NCBI GenBank assembly: GCA_902534675.1
Contig: CACAQQ010000001.1
Location: 24,177-88,176, forward strand
Source of the DNA: an uncultured Prochlorococcus sp.
GTDB taxonomy: Bacteria; Cyanobacteriota; Cyanobacteriia; PCC-6307; Cyanobiaceae
Direction: 5' to 3'
Length of the DNA stretch: 64,000 bases
The notes beneath the pieces were generated by a model. The model was not told the origin of the DNA, ran no database searches, and saw nothing but the letters and a program-made list of their open reading frames with translations. Of the stretch, positions 12,489-22,940 are shown in pieces. The position numbers and the translations under genes are program-made. Every line of letters starts with the position of its first letter. Within the stretch, counting starts at the first letter, position 1.

Positions 12489-13784
12489 GTGATCGAGCGT
12501 TACACATTACCCGAAATGGGGAAAATCTGGACTGAAAGCGCAAAATTCCAAAGTTGGCTTAAAGTTGAAATAGCTGCATGTGAAGCAAATTTTTCCCTCG
12601 GGAAAATTCCTGAGAATGCCATGAAAGAGATACGTTCAAATGCAAAGTTTGATGAATCTAGAATTACAGAAATTGAGAAAGAAGTTAAACATGATGTCAT
12701 AGCATTTCTTACAAGCGTTAATGAATTTGTAGGAGATTCTGGAAGATATATACATGTTGGTATGACCAGTAGTGATGTTCTTGATACTGGCTTATCTCTT
12801 CAGTTAAAAGATTCCTGCGAATTGTTATTAGAAGAAATTGAGAATCTAGAAAATGAAGTCAGATTATTAGCAAGGAAGCATAAAAATACATTAATGATTG
12901 GCAGATCTCATGCAATTCATGGAGAGCCAATTTCCTTCGGTTTTAAACTTGCTGGATGGTTAGCAGAAATAATAAGGAACAAAAAAAGATTATTAACAGT
13001 GAAAGAATCTGTAGCAATTGGACAAATAAGCGGTGCAATGGGAACTTACGCCAATACGAATCCCAAAGTAGAACAAATAACTTGTGATTTACTCGGCTTA
13101 AAACCAGATACAGCAAGTACCCAGGTTATATCAAGAGACAGACATGCAGAATATGTACAAACTATTGCATTAGTTGGAGCTTCTCTAGATAGATTCGCAA
13201 CTGAAATAAGAAATTTACAAAGAACTGATGTTTTAGAAGTTGAGGAGGGCTTTACAAAAGGGCAAAAAGGAAGTTCTGCTATGCCTCATAAAAGAAATCC
13301 TATTCGAAGTGAAAGAGTAAGCGGTTTAGCAAGAATTTTGAGGAGTTACGTCTTAACAGCACTCGAAAATGTTCCACTTTGGCACGAAAGAGATATAAGC
13401 CATAGTTCAAATGAACGTATCATGTTACCTGACGTTTCAATCTGCTTGCATTTTATGCTCAGGGAAATGAAAGATATAGTGAGCAATTTGCAAGTTTATC
13501 CAAAAAATATGCTCAAAAATTTAAATATATATGGCGGTGTAATCTTTAGTCAGAAAGTTTTACTTTTGCTTGTAGAGAAAGGCTTGTCTAGAGAAAAAGC
13601 TTATAGCTTAGTACAAAAAAATGCGCATCAGGCCTGGAATACTCAGAATGGAAATTTCAAACAAAATATAGAGAGTGATAATGAAATAATGTATTTTATT
13701 GATCAAAGTGACTTAGAAGAATGTTTTAATCCTTCAATTCATCTCAATAATTTAAGTGTAATATGGGAAAAGTTAGGTATCTAG
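12489..13784 (+). CDS. purB: Adenylosuccinate lyase
   Basis: HDVIAF, HVGMTSSD, GRSH, GSSAMPHKRNP and WHERDISHSS. GTG start. Confidence 0.97.
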   Translation: MIERYTLPEMGKIWTESAKFQSWLKVEIAACEANFSLGKIPENAMKEIRSNAKFDESRITEIEKEVKHDVIAFLTSVNEFVGDSGRYIHVGMTSSDVLDTGLSLQLKDSCELLLEEIENLENEVRLLARKHKNTLMIGRSHAIHGEPISFGFKLAGWLAEIIRNKKRLLTVKESVAIGQISGAMGTYANTNPKVEQITCDLLGLKPDTASTQVISRDRHAEYVQTIALVGASLDRFATEIRNLQRTDVLEVEEGFTKGQKGSSAMPHKRNPIRSERVSGLARILRSYVLTALENVPLWHERDISHSSNERIMLPDVSICLHFMLREMKDIVSNLQVYPKNMLKNLNIYGGVIFSQKVLLLLVEKGLSREKAYSLVQKNAHQAWNTQNGNFKQNIESDNEIMYFIDQSDLEECFNPSIHLNNLSVIWEKLGI

Positions 13785-13832
13785 GATTACTGAAAACCTT
13801 ATCTAAGTTAAACCAGTGTTTTCAGAGGAATA

Positions 13833-15218
13833 ATGACAAAAAACTTTAGAATTGAAAAAGATAGTATGGGAACAATAGAGGTTCCCATCGAAGCTTTGTG
13901 GGGTGCTCAAACACAAAGATCGATAATAAATTTTTCTATTGGAGAAGAATTAATTCCAATTGAGTTAATTTATTCACTCACCCTCATAAAAAAAGCTGCT
14001 TCAATTGCGAATTTCAATTTAGGGTTGATAGATAAAAGAAAAAAAGATTTGATTGTAGAGGCATGTACAGAAATACTTGATGGGCTTCATGATTCACAGT
14101 TTCCCTTAAAGGTTTGGCAAACAGGTAGTGGCACGCAAACGAATATGAATGTTAATGAGGTAATTTCAAATATTGCAGCATTAAAATCAAATTCAGAACT
14201 TGGTAGTCATCAACCAATTCATCCGAATGATGATGTAAATAAATCTCAGTCAACTAATGATACTTTTCCTGCTGCTATTCAAATATCTGTTGTTAATGAA
14301 ATAATCAAAAATTTAGTTCCAACTATAAGAGAACTTACGAAGATCCTTGATAATAAAAGTGAAGAATGGAAAGACCTTATAAAGATAGGAAGAACCCATT
14401 TTCAAGATGCAGTGCCCCTTACTTTTGGGCAAGAAATATCGGGATGGTCAGAGCAACTTAAAGATGCTGAAAATGCAATTATTATGAGTCTTAATGACCT
14501 GTATTTCTTACCTCTTGGAGGTACTGCAGTTGGTACAGGAATTAATTGTCCAAAAGGATTTTGTGAAGAGTCTATAAAATTAATTTCCGATGATACTAAT
14601 CTAATGTTCTATAAATCAAAAAATAATTTTTCTATCATGGCCTCGCATGATCGTCTAGCTCAAGTAATGAGTCAGATAAAAATATTAGCAGGTGCATTAT
14701 TTAAAATTTCAAATGATATAAAAATTCTATCTTCTGGCCCTAGATCAGGAATATATGAATTAATTATCCCGCAAAATGAGCCTGGAAGTTCTATCATGCC
14801 GGGTAAAGTGAATCCTACTCAATGCGAAGCCTTATCAATGGTTTGCACCCAGATAATGGGTCTTGAATATGCAGTTTCAATGGCAAATTCTAGCGGCACT
14901 TTACAGATGAATGAATATAAGCCTCTTATTGGATTTAATATTCTTACAAGTTTAAAATTACTTAAAAATGCAATAAAAAACTTCAGAATAAAATTAGTTG
15001 ATGGGATGGAACCTAATCAAAAAATAATGAAGTTAAATTTAGAAAATTCACTAATGTTGGTTACAGCCATAGTGCCAAAAGTTGGTTATGAAAAAGCAGC
15101 TGAAATTGCAAACCTTGCCTTCAAAGAATCATTAAACTTAAAAGAGGCAACACTTAAATTAGGTTATTTAAACGAAGATGAATTTGATGAAGCCATGAAT
15201 ATTAATTCAATGATTTGA
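13833..15218 (+). CDS. fumC: Class II (iron-independent) fumarate hydratase
   Basis: WQTGSGTQTNMN, SQSTND, GRTHFQDA and GSSIMPGKVNP. Confidence 0.97.
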   Translation: MTKNFRIEKDSMGTIEVPIEALWGAQTQRSIINFSIGEELIPIELIYSLTLIKKAASIANFNLGLIDKRKKDLIVEACTEILDGLHDSQFPLKVWQTGSGTQTNMNVNEVISNIAALKSNSELGSHQPIHPNDDVNKSQSTNDTFPAAIQISVVNEIIKNLVPTIRELTKILDNKSEEWKDLIKIGRTHFQDAVPLTFGQEISGWSEQLKDAENAIIMSLNDLYFLPLGGTAVGTGINCPKGFCEESIKLISDDTNLMFYKSKNNFSIMASHDRLAQVMSQIKILAGALFKISNDIKILSSGPRSGIYELIIPQNEPGSSIMPGKVNPTQCEALSMVCTQIMGLEYAVSMANSSGTLQMNEYKPLIGFNILTSLKLLKNAIKNFRIKLVDGMEPNQKIMKLNLENSLMLVTAIVPKVGYEKAAEIANLAFKESLNLKEATLKLGYLNEDEFDEAMNINSMI

Positions 15219-15227
15219 TTAAAAAAT

Positions 15228-17954
15228 TTAAGAATTATTGTCAATTCTTTTTGTTGCAGGATTAATATCTTCAGAGATTTTTATAAGATCATTAGATTCA
15301 GAAACAGGAAAACGATTAATAGCTTTTAATGCTAGCTTTGCTTTGCTTTTTAATTTATTACTAACACCAATACAGTATTGCACTTGAGAAAGGACATCAA
15401 TTGATCTTCTAATAATCCTTACTACATCTCCCTCGTCTAATGAAGTATTAAAAACCAAATCTTTCCATTTTTTTCCCCTTGCCCATTCTGAAATAATTCC
15501 AGTCAACTCTGTTTCTAAATAGATAGGAATTTCAATATGAAACTTATTTTGTTGAGAGGCAACTAATTTTTTTAAACCATCTAATTCATTAAAAACATCT
15601 ATTACCTTTAAAGAGGGCTTGAAATTACACCAAAGATTAGGCCTCCTTACATCAACACATATAGCTTGAATAATTGCAGCTAACTCAGGAGGATCTAAAT
15701 CGTCCAAATAACCACTAACTAAAACAAGACCGATCCATAATTCATTTTCACTTCTTATTGCACCAACAGTTTGTCCAACTTCTGTCAATTCCAAATCATT
15801 TAAACAACCAAAATGATTCAAAATTCTAATCAAATCGGTAAAAGTTTTCCAGTTATGATTTTCTTTATCCCCAAGAAGTTTTTTTCTCATATTTATTTCT
15901 TGTTCAACATCAACAATTCTTTTTCTATATTTCTTTAATTTTCTTGAGTCTCCAAATCTATGTGCGGGATGATCAGTGACTGTTTCTTCTAAATTATTAA
16001 TTTGTTGCTGTTGTGCTAAAACTTCCTTTGTCAGATCATATTGTGGAGTTTGTAAATCATTTTTTTTAGAAACTTCTAAAATTCGATCCGAAAAACACTG
16101 CGACCTGTCATCTCCCCTAAATACCTCTCCAGAAAAATATATCTTTGGGGCATCAAGTCCTAAGACATCAATTACATCCAAATCATTAAAAATACTTACT
16201 ATGTATGAAGGTTTTATAAGAATAAATAAATTATCAATTGTCAAACACAATAAACTCTTAATTTTTTGGGATTCATATATTTTCTTACAAATCAATGCTG
16301 GAACAACTTTTCTTTTAATTTGAGGAGCTTTGATTGAAATTAAACTTCCATCTTTGATATATGGGAGCGCATTAGTGATCTCTTCTGATAATTTTTCTGC
16401 TGCTTGTTTTTCTAAAATTTTCAAGAGTCTTCTCTCTTCTTTAAGACGATTTTTTAACTTTTCGTAGGCATCAAAGTCTTTCCATGAAACGTTAGATGTA
16501 ATTTTTTTTAATTCATTTAAATCCTTATCTAAATTTTCAAGAATTATATTCTCACCTGAGGTTTCACCTAAACATAAGAAGCTACCAAAACTTCTTTTAA
16601 TTAATTCTTTAGACTTCTCTAAAGAATAACTTTGTAAAAGATTAAGCACCATTCCATAGCTAGGAGTGAATTGACTCTCTAAAGAATTTGGTTTGCTAAT
16701 AGCCAGTGCACTTGCTTCTTTGGCACCTTCAAATCTTGTTTGTAATGTAACAACATATCCTTGGATATCTTTTCCTCTTCTTCCAGCTCTTCCCGACATT
16801 TGCAAAAATTCACTGCTAAATAATAATCTATGCCCATCTTCTGTCCTTTTTGATAAAGAAGAAATAACAGTAGTTCTTGCGGGCATATTAATTCCTGCAG
16901 CAAGAGTTTCAGTTGCAAAAACAACTTTAATCAAGCCTTTCTGAAATAATTCCTCAACCAATTCTTTCCATGCAGGCAATAATCCAGCATGATGAGATGC
17001 TATACCGCGTTTTAATGCCTCGCATTGAGATTTATCTTTAATTGCCTCTTGATTATTTTTAAGATAAACGTCTAATTTTTGGGATATCATATTTGCTTCT
17101 GAATAACTTACTAAAGTTAAATCTTTAATATTCTCAATAGCCTTGTCACATCCTCTTCTACTAAAAATAAAATAAATAGCTGGCAACATATTTCGTTCAG
17201 CTAGTTTCGAGATCACAAAGCCAATTGAGGGAGACTTTGGCCGGATTATCCTGCCCACTTTTCCTCTCATCTTCTGTCCTTTAGGAGCTCTCCAAACCTT
17301 ACAGTTTGGATGAATTCCATTACCCTTATTATTTAAAAGTGGATGGAGGCCTTTAACGCTACAAAAAAGAAAATCAAGTGGAACTGGTCTCTTATCACTA
17401 TTAATTAGTACTGTGGGTCCATGAACTTTTTCTATCCAATTTTGTAGTTGATCTGCATTAGCTATTGTTGCTGATAGAGCTATTATTTGAGTTCTAGTAG
17501 GGCAATGGATTATAGTTTCCTCCCAAACTGTACCTCTTTGGGGATCATTCATATAATGGCATTCATCAAGAATCACAGATTCTAAATTTTCTAAGGGATC
17601 ATCAAATTCATCAAATTCGCCATAAAGCATGTTCCTAAAAATCTCAGTCGTCATGACTAAGATTGGTGCTTCTCTATTTATGCTAATATCTCCAGTTAAA
17701 AGACCAACTTTTTCCTCACCATATTGATTAGCAAAATCTCTAAACTTTTGGTTTGATAGGGCCTTTAAAGGTGTTGTATAAAAAACTCTGCTGTCATGAG
17801 ATAAACCTCTATATATAGCAAATTCACCTATCAATGTTTTACCGGAACCTGTTGGTGCCGTTAAAACAACAGAATTTCCGCTATTAATAGCTCGTATTGC
17901 CTCTAATTGGAAATCATCTAGCGGAAAGGGGAAATATTCCTCTAAATTAAGCAA
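15228..17954 (-). CDS. Ski2/HelY-like DExH RNA helicase (ISE2-like)
   Basis: TGSGKT, TPLKALSNQK, DECH, SAT, QMSGRAGRRG and a C-terminal DSHCT-type region (DEGDVVR). Confidence 0.92.
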   Translation of the reverse strand: MLNLEEYFPFPLDDFQLEAIRAINSGNSVVLTAPTGSGKTLIGEFAIYRGLSHDSRVFYTTPLKALSNQKFRDFANQYGEEKVGLLTGDISINREAPILVMTTEIFRNMLYGEFDEFDDPLENLESVILDECHYMNDPQRGTVWEETIIHCPTRTQIIALSATIANADQLQNWIEKVHGPTVLINSDKRPVPLDFLFCSVKGLHPLLNNKGNGIHPNCKVWRAPKGQKMRGKVGRIIRPKSPSIGFVISKLAERNMLPAIYFIFSRRGCDKAIENIKDLTLVSYSEANMISQKLDVYLKNNQEAIKDKSQCEALKRGIASHHAGLLPAWKELVEELFQKGLIKVVFATETLAAGINMPARTTVISSLSKRTEDGHRLLFSSEFLQMSGRAGRRGKDIQGYVVTLQTRFEGAKEASALAISKPNSLESQFTPSYGMVLNLLQSYSLEKSKELIKRSFGSFLCLGETSGENIILENLDKDLNELKKITSNVSWKDFDAYEKLKNRLKEERRLLKILEKQAAEKLSEEITNALPYIKDGSLISIKAPQIKRKVVPALICKKIYESQKIKSLLCLTIDNLFILIKPSYIVSIFNDLDVIDVLGLDAPKIYFSGEVFRGDDRSQCFSDRILEVSKKNDLQTPQYDLTKEVLAQQQQINNLEETVTDHPAHRFGDSRKLKKYRKRIVDVEQEINMRKKLLGDKENHNWKTFTDLIRILNHFGCLNDLELTEVGQTVGAIRSENELWIGLVLVSGYLDDLDPPELAAIIQAICVDVRRPNLWCNFKPSLKVIDVFNELDGLKKLVASQQNKFHIEIPIYLETELTGIISEWARGKKWKDLVFNTSLDEGDVVRIIRRSIDVLSQVQYCIGVSNKLKSKAKLALKAINRFPVSESNDLIKISEDINPATKRIDNNS

Positions 17955-18093
17955 TAATTGTGATTGAAGAGAGGATGAGTTAACTTCTTAATATATGATC
18001 TATATAGATATTAATAAACAAAAAATACCTTGCAAACTTTAATAGTAAATCTAAATCTTTTTAATTAAATCCACTATATTTTATTTTGCCAAA

Positions 18094-19233
18094 ATGAAAA
18101 AAATAAAAATTCCAAAAAATAGAATCCGTAAATTGAAAACATTTTCTTTAGGTAAAAAACCATTCGAACTTCTAAGTTTAAATTCGCAAAATAAAAAACT
18201 TATAGACTTATGCAGTAATGATTATTTTGGATTAAGTAGGGACAAGGATTTAATAAAAGCTGCTTACGAAATAAGCCTCTTAGAAGGTATTGGTTCAGGA
18301 AGCTCTAGATTTATTACAGGTTCAAGACCAATACATAAATTATTAGAAACAGAACTTGCAAAGTGGCTTGATCAAGAGAAAGTATTACTTTTCCCAAGCG
18401 GATTTCAAGCAAATATAGCAGCCATCCAGACTTTAGCAAACAGAAAAAGTATCGTTATAGCAGATAAATTGATCCATAACTCTTTATTAGTTGGAGTCAA
18501 AGCTGCTCAAGCAAAACTGGTTCGATTTTCACACAATAATTTAAAAGATTTAGAAGATAAAATTATTAAATCTAACCCCACGAAAAATTCCATTTTAGTT
18601 GTTGTTGAATCTCTTTATAGCATGGAGGGATCAATTGCTCCACTCAAAGAAATAACGGAAATTTGCAAAAAAAATAGTATTCAATTATTAGTTGACGAAG
18701 CTCATGCAATTGGGATCTTGGGCCCTGAAGGCAGGGGTTTAAGTTTTGATTGCCGTTCGGATATAACTATGATAACTGGTACTTTTGGAAAAGCATTTGG
18801 AAGTGGTGGAGCTTTCATAGCCTCCAATTCAGAAATTGGAGAATATCTTATCCAAACAAGTGGTGCATTTAGGTATACAACCGCACTTGCGCCATCTTTG
18901 GCTGCTGGGGCACTAGAAGGTTTAAAAAAAATTTTAGAAAATAAAGAATGGGGTAATGATTTGTTATCTTCTGCGAATGTATGGAAAGATGAAATTATTA
19001 AAAATTTTAGTTTTCCAGTTCAGGGAGATTCTCACATTTTATCAATTATTGTTGGCCAAGAAGAGAAAGCAATTTATCTACAAAAATATCTCGAAGAAAA
19101 TGGGTTTTTAGCAATTGCGATAAGACCTCCAACTGTTCCAGTGGGGCAATCAAGAATCAGAATAACAATACGAAGAAACTTAGATTTTAATCTGCTAAAT
19201 AATTTCATTGCAGTATTAAAAGAGTTTAAATGA
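18094..19233 (+). CDS. bioF: 8-amino-7-oxononanoate synthase
   Basis: SNDYFGL, GSGSSR, DEAHAIG, GTFGKAFG (PLP lysine) and IRPPTVP. Confidence 0.95.
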   Translation: MKKIKIPKNRIRKLKTFSLGKKPFELLSLNSQNKKLIDLCSNDYFGLSRDKDLIKAAYEISLLEGIGSGSSRFITGSRPIHKLLETELAKWLDQEKVLLFPSGFQANIAAIQTLANRKSIVIADKLIHNSLLVGVKAAQAKLVRFSHNNLKDLEDKIIKSNPTKNSILVVVESLYSMEGSIAPLKEITEICKKNSIQLLVDEAHAIGILGPEGRGLSFDCRSDITMITGTFGKAFGSGGAFIASNSEIGEYLIQTSGAFRYTTALAPSLAAGALEGLKKILENKEWGNDLLSSANVWKDEIIKNFSFPVQGDSHILSIIVGQEEKAIYLQKYLEENGFLAIAIRPPTVPVGQSRIRITIRRNLDFNLLNNFIAVLKEFK

Positions 19234-19934
19234 AACAAATTATTACTCAACATGGGTGGGGACTAAATAAATATTTCTGGGATGATTATAAAGTTGATTT
19301 TTTAAGTAATAATTGGCATTGGCAAGATAATGAAAGGGGCTATTTTTCGACAAATAATTATCAACCAAAATGGATTAAAAGCGAATCTAAAAAAGAAATC
19401 AGAATGACTTTATGCCATTCATTTGGTTTTCATTTAATGCCAAAAAAAATTTTTAAAGAAGCAACTCATATTGTTCTTATAAATTCTTTTAATAATTTTC
19501 TTCCTTTAAGTAATAAAAGAAACTTTATTTTGAGGTCTCTAAAAAGAATGGAAACAAAAATCATAAAAGATGAACCGAAGGATATGTTGAAAGAATTTAT
19601 ATATAGATCATTTATGCCAAATCATATGAATAATAGTTTTAAAAATATCTTTTATAAAAGTCTAGAGAGTTTAAATAAAACTCTTCTTTTAAGTGATTTA
19701 AAAGAACTTTACATCAATAGAGATTTTCCAGTATTTTTAAGAAAAGATTGCAAAATTATTTTTATAAAATCAGAAAATGATTTGATTCTTGACAACGAAT
19801 CAAATAATAACTTTTTAGATTCCTTAAATAAAACGCTTGAAAGGAAGCCAGTTTTAATTAAATTAGCTCAACAAGGTCATTGCTTGAATAATTTAAATTT
19901 ATACGAGATCTTACGAAATACACTTAACGATTGA
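19230..19934 (+). CDS. bioK: Pimeloyl-ACP methyl ester esterase, BioK-type (BioH substitute)
   Basis: Alpha/beta hydrolase motifs HGWG, CHSFG (nucleophile), END and QGH. Sits between bioF and bioC. Confidence 0.75.
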   Translation: MKQIITQHGWGLNKYFWDDYKVDFLSNNWHWQDNERGYFSTNNYQPKWIKSESKKEIRMTLCHSFGFHLMPKKIFKEATHIVLINSFNNFLPLSNKRNFILRSLKRMETKIIKDEPKDMLKEFIYRSFMPNHMNNSFKNIFYKSLESLNKTLLLSDLKELYINRDFPVFLRKDCKIIFIKSENDLILDNESNNNFLDSLNKTLERKPVLIKLAQQGHCLNNLNLYEILRNTLND

Positions 19935-19935
19935 A

Positions 19936-20694
19936 ATGGATAGTAAAAAGTGGAGTGAGAAAATACAAAATAATTTCAATGATGCTGCATATAGGTATTT
20001 AGAACATTCAAATATTCAGAAATTTTTTGCAAAAAAGATTATTCATCTTATCAAAGAATTAAATCCTCAAAAAAAAGGTGAATGGATAGATCTAGGATCA
20101 GGACCAGGACTATTAGCAGATGAAATAGAAAAAATTTCTTCCCAAAAAGTATCCAGAATTGATTTCAGCAAGAAAATGCTTCTTGAGAATAAATTATCAA
20201 GAAAAAAAATTTTATGGGATTTGAATAATGATTTACCTTCTGAAATAAATAACTGTTCTCTATTAACATCAAACTTTTGCATACATTGGTTAAACAACCC
20301 AGAAAAGATTATAAAAAATTGGTTTAGCAAATTAACACCTGGAGGTTTTTTAATCATTTCATATCCAACAAAAGATTGTTTTCCTGAATGGAAAGATACC
20401 TGTAAAAAAATTGATATTGAATATAGTGGTCTTAATTTCATTTGCTCTAAAAAATTATTAAAAGATTTCAAATCAACTGAAATACATTATTCAAAACAGT
20501 TTAATTATCTTGAAAATTTTGAAGATGTATATAAACTTTTTAGAAGTATTAAAAATGTAGGAGCACAATCAACAAATTGTAAACGCAAAACTGTGAAAGA
20601 GTTAAAGGAAATTCAAAAGTTTTGGCCAAAGAATTACAATAATACAGTAAACCTTTCATGGCAAATTGAGATTCAAATCATAAAGAAATTATGA
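19936..20694 (+). CDS. bioC: Malonyl-ACP O-methyltransferase
   Basis: F..AA..Y....Q N-terminus, DLGSGPG SAM motif and SNFCIHW; operon context. Confidence 0.85.
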   Translation: MDSKKWSEKIQNNFNDAAYRYLEHSNIQKFFAKKIIHLIKELNPQKKGEWIDLGSGPGLLADEIEKISSQKVSRIDFSKKMLLENKLSRKKILWDLNNDLPSEINNCSLLTSNFCIHWLNNPEKIIKNWFSKLTPGGFLIISYPTKDCFPEWKDTCKKIDIEYSGLNFICSKKLLKDFKSTEIHYSKQFNYLENFEDVYKLFRSIKNVGAQSTNCKRKTVKELKEIQKFWPKNYNNTVNLSWQIEIQIIKKL

Positions 20695-21356
20695 GTAGTC
20701 ACAAAAATATTTTCAAATTTATAATTTGTGGAACAGATACTGATATTGGGAAAACTTTAATAAGCTCTTTTTTCGTTAAAGGATTAAATTCCTTTTATTG
20801 GAAACCTATTCAAAGTGGGATTGAATCGCAAACTGATAGTCAAACTGTTGAAAAACTTTCACAAGTAAGTAAAGAGAAAATAATAAAAGAAGCTTATGTC
20901 TTTACAAAACCTCTATCTCCGCATTGGGCTGCTGAAATAGATCAAAAAGCTATTAACTTTGACAAGTTAAGATTGCCAAAAGTGCAAGGCTCGCTAATTA
21001 TAGAAACTGCAGGTGGATTAATGGTTCCAATAACACGCAATTTTTTGCAAATAGATCAAATAAAAGAATGGGATCTCCCGGTAATACTTGTATGTAAGAG
21101 CTCACTTGGCACTCTTAACCATACCCTGCTTAGTATTGAGGCCTTAAAACGAAGAAATATTGAGATTTTAGGTTTAGTAGTCAATGGCGAAAAACACCTA
21201 GATAATCCAAAAACTCTAGTTGATTTTAGTGGTATTCCTTTAATTGCTGAATTTCCTTACATCAAAAAAATGGACTCAAATAATTTAGATATACTATGGA
21301 AAGAACTAGACATCAAGAATAAGTTGATCTCACTATTAAACTCAAAAATAAGTTAA
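20691..21356 (+). CDS. bioD: Dethiobiotin synthetase
   Basis: GTDTDIGKT, KPIQSG, SPH, ETAGG and LGTLNHT. Confidence 0.96.
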   Translation: MSSHKNIFKFIICGTDTDIGKTLISSFFVKGLNSFYWKPIQSGIESQTDSQTVEKLSQVSKEKIIKEAYVFTKPLSPHWAAEIDQKAINFDKLRLPKVQGSLIIETAGGLMVPITRNFLQIDQIKEWDLPVILVCKSSLGTLNHTLLSIEALKRRNIEILGLVVNGEKHLDNPKTLVDFSGIPLIAEFPYIKKMDSNNLDILWKELDIKNKLISLLNSKIS

Positions 21357-22658
21357 ATGAAATCTTTGGATTCAAAAACTCCAAATCAAGATTGGCACCC
21401 AAATATTTGGCCACCTTTTACGCAAATCAATAACAGCAAACCGCAGATAGAAGTAACTCATGGTAAAGATGCCCTCCTATTTACTAAAGATCCTGAAAAA
21501 GAACTAATAGATGCAATTAGTAGTTGGTGGGTAACTCTTCATGGTCATAGTAACGAATATATTTCGGATGCCATTTTTGATCAATCAAAAAAACTTGAGC
21601 AAGTTATATTTGCTGATTTCTTACATCCACAGGCAAAAAAATTAGCGGAAAGACTTAGTGAATTAACAAAACTAGAAAGATTATTCTTTTCTGATAACGG
21701 TTCTACTGCAGTGGAAGTCGCTTTAAAAATTGCCTTCCAATCATGGCAAAATAGAGGAGAGACAAGAACTCAAATATTAGCTTTTGATGGCGCCTATCAT
21801 GGTGATACATTTGGCGCAATGGCTTTAGGTGAAAGAAATATTTTTAATGAGAATTTCGATAATCTTATGTTCCCAGTTAGAAGAGTCCCATGGCCTTCAA
21901 CTTGGATGAACGATGAAGAAGTAGAAAATAAAGAAAATAAGGCGATCCAGAAATTAGAAACTCTACTTAAAACTCCCACAGTTGCAGTAATCCTTGAGCC
22001 ACTTGTTCAAGGAGCAGGAGGGATGAATATGGTTAGGCCTCAGTTTATAAAAAAAGTTTCAGAAATTATAAAAAACAATAATTCTTTGTTAATTGCTGAC
22101 GAAGTATTGACTGGGTTTGGAAGATGTGGAACCCTTTTTGCTTTTCAAAAGGCAAAAATCATTCCTGATTTAATAAGTATTTCAAAAGGTTTAACTGGTG
22201 GATTTTTACCGATGGGAATAACTTTATGTAAAGAAAAAATTTTTCAATCCTTTATTGATGATTCCCCAAGAAAAACTTTTTGGCATGGACATAGTTTTAC
22301 TGCTAATCCTTTAGGTTGCGCTGCAGCAAACGCTAGCCTTGATTTATTAGAAAAAGAACCACAAAAATACCTTTCATTTGAAGAAAAACATTTATCTCAT
22401 CTAATTAAATTTAAAAACTTACCTTATATAAAGAAGGTAAGGGTATCCGGCACAATTGCTGCCTTCGATTTAGATATCGGGAAGAAAAAAGGTTATTTCA
22501 ATAATATTGGAAAAGAAATAAAGAGTCTTGCAATGGAGCAAGGTTTATTCATTAGGCCCCTCGGGAATGTTATTTACCTCTTGCCGCCTCTCTGTATAAC
22601 AGATGATCAATTGGGGAAAAGTTATTGGATAATAAGGCAAATCTTAGACAATCTTTAG
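21357..22658 (+). CDS. bioA: Adenosylmethionine-8-amino-7-oxononanoate aminotransferase
   Basis: WPPFTQ, SSWWV, GSTAVE, YHGDT, DEVLTGFGR, SKGLTGG and HGHSF. Confidence 0.96.
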   Translation: MKSLDSKTPNQDWHPNIWPPFTQINNSKPQIEVTHGKDALLFTKDPEKELIDAISSWWVTLHGHSNEYISDAIFDQSKKLEQVIFADFLHPQAKKLAERLSELTKLERLFFSDNGSTAVEVALKIAFQSWQNRGETRTQILAFDGAYHGDTFGAMALGERNIFNENFDNLMFPVRRVPWPSTWMNDEEVENKENKAIQKLETLLKTPTVAVILEPLVQGAGGMNMVRPQFIKKVSEIIKNNNSLLIADEVLTGFGRCGTLFAFQKAKIIPDLISISKGLTGGFLPMGITLCKEKIFQSFIDDSPRKTFWHGHSFTANPLGCAAANASLDLLEKEPQKYLSFEEKHLSHLIKFKNLPYIKKVRVSGTIAAFDLDIGKKKGYFNNIGKEIKSLAMEQGLFIRPLGNVIYLLPPLCITDDQLGKSYWIIRQILDNL

Positions 22659-22666
22659 ATAGAAGT

Positions 22667-22924
22667 TTAAGGTCCCTGCAGTATTGCATTTTCCACATCT
22701 TCTCTATTAATGCAGTAGGAAAATAGTCTTTTAGTTTCTTGTCCTTCACTTTCCCATATAACACTTAAATCTTCTTGTTCAAAAATAATAGTTGCATTCC
22801 AATTTGAAAGTAACAGATACCATTTAGATGGATTATTAATATCCTTGACAGCACCTAAATCAGTTAGCCACAATTCCAATGATTGCAGTGAATTTTGATT
22901 GATAGGTTTTTTAGAGTGATTCAC
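22667..22924 (-). CDS. DUF3143-family protein
   Basis: L..LE.WL..LGA and F.Y..NREDVENAILQGP motifs; follows the J-domain gene. Confidence 0.8.
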   Translation of the reverse strand: MNHSKKPINQNSLQSLELWLTDLGAVKDINNPSKWYLLLSNWNATIIFEQEDLSVIWESEGQETKRLFSYCINREDVENAILQGP

Positions 22925-22940
22925 AGACTTTTTTTTAAAA

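Noticed and set aside
17998-18009. 12-bp palindrome ATCTATATAGAT in the helicase/bioF spacer as a biotin operator
   Set aside because: It does not resemble a BirA operator, and a nearly all-AT palindrome of this length is plausible by chance here.
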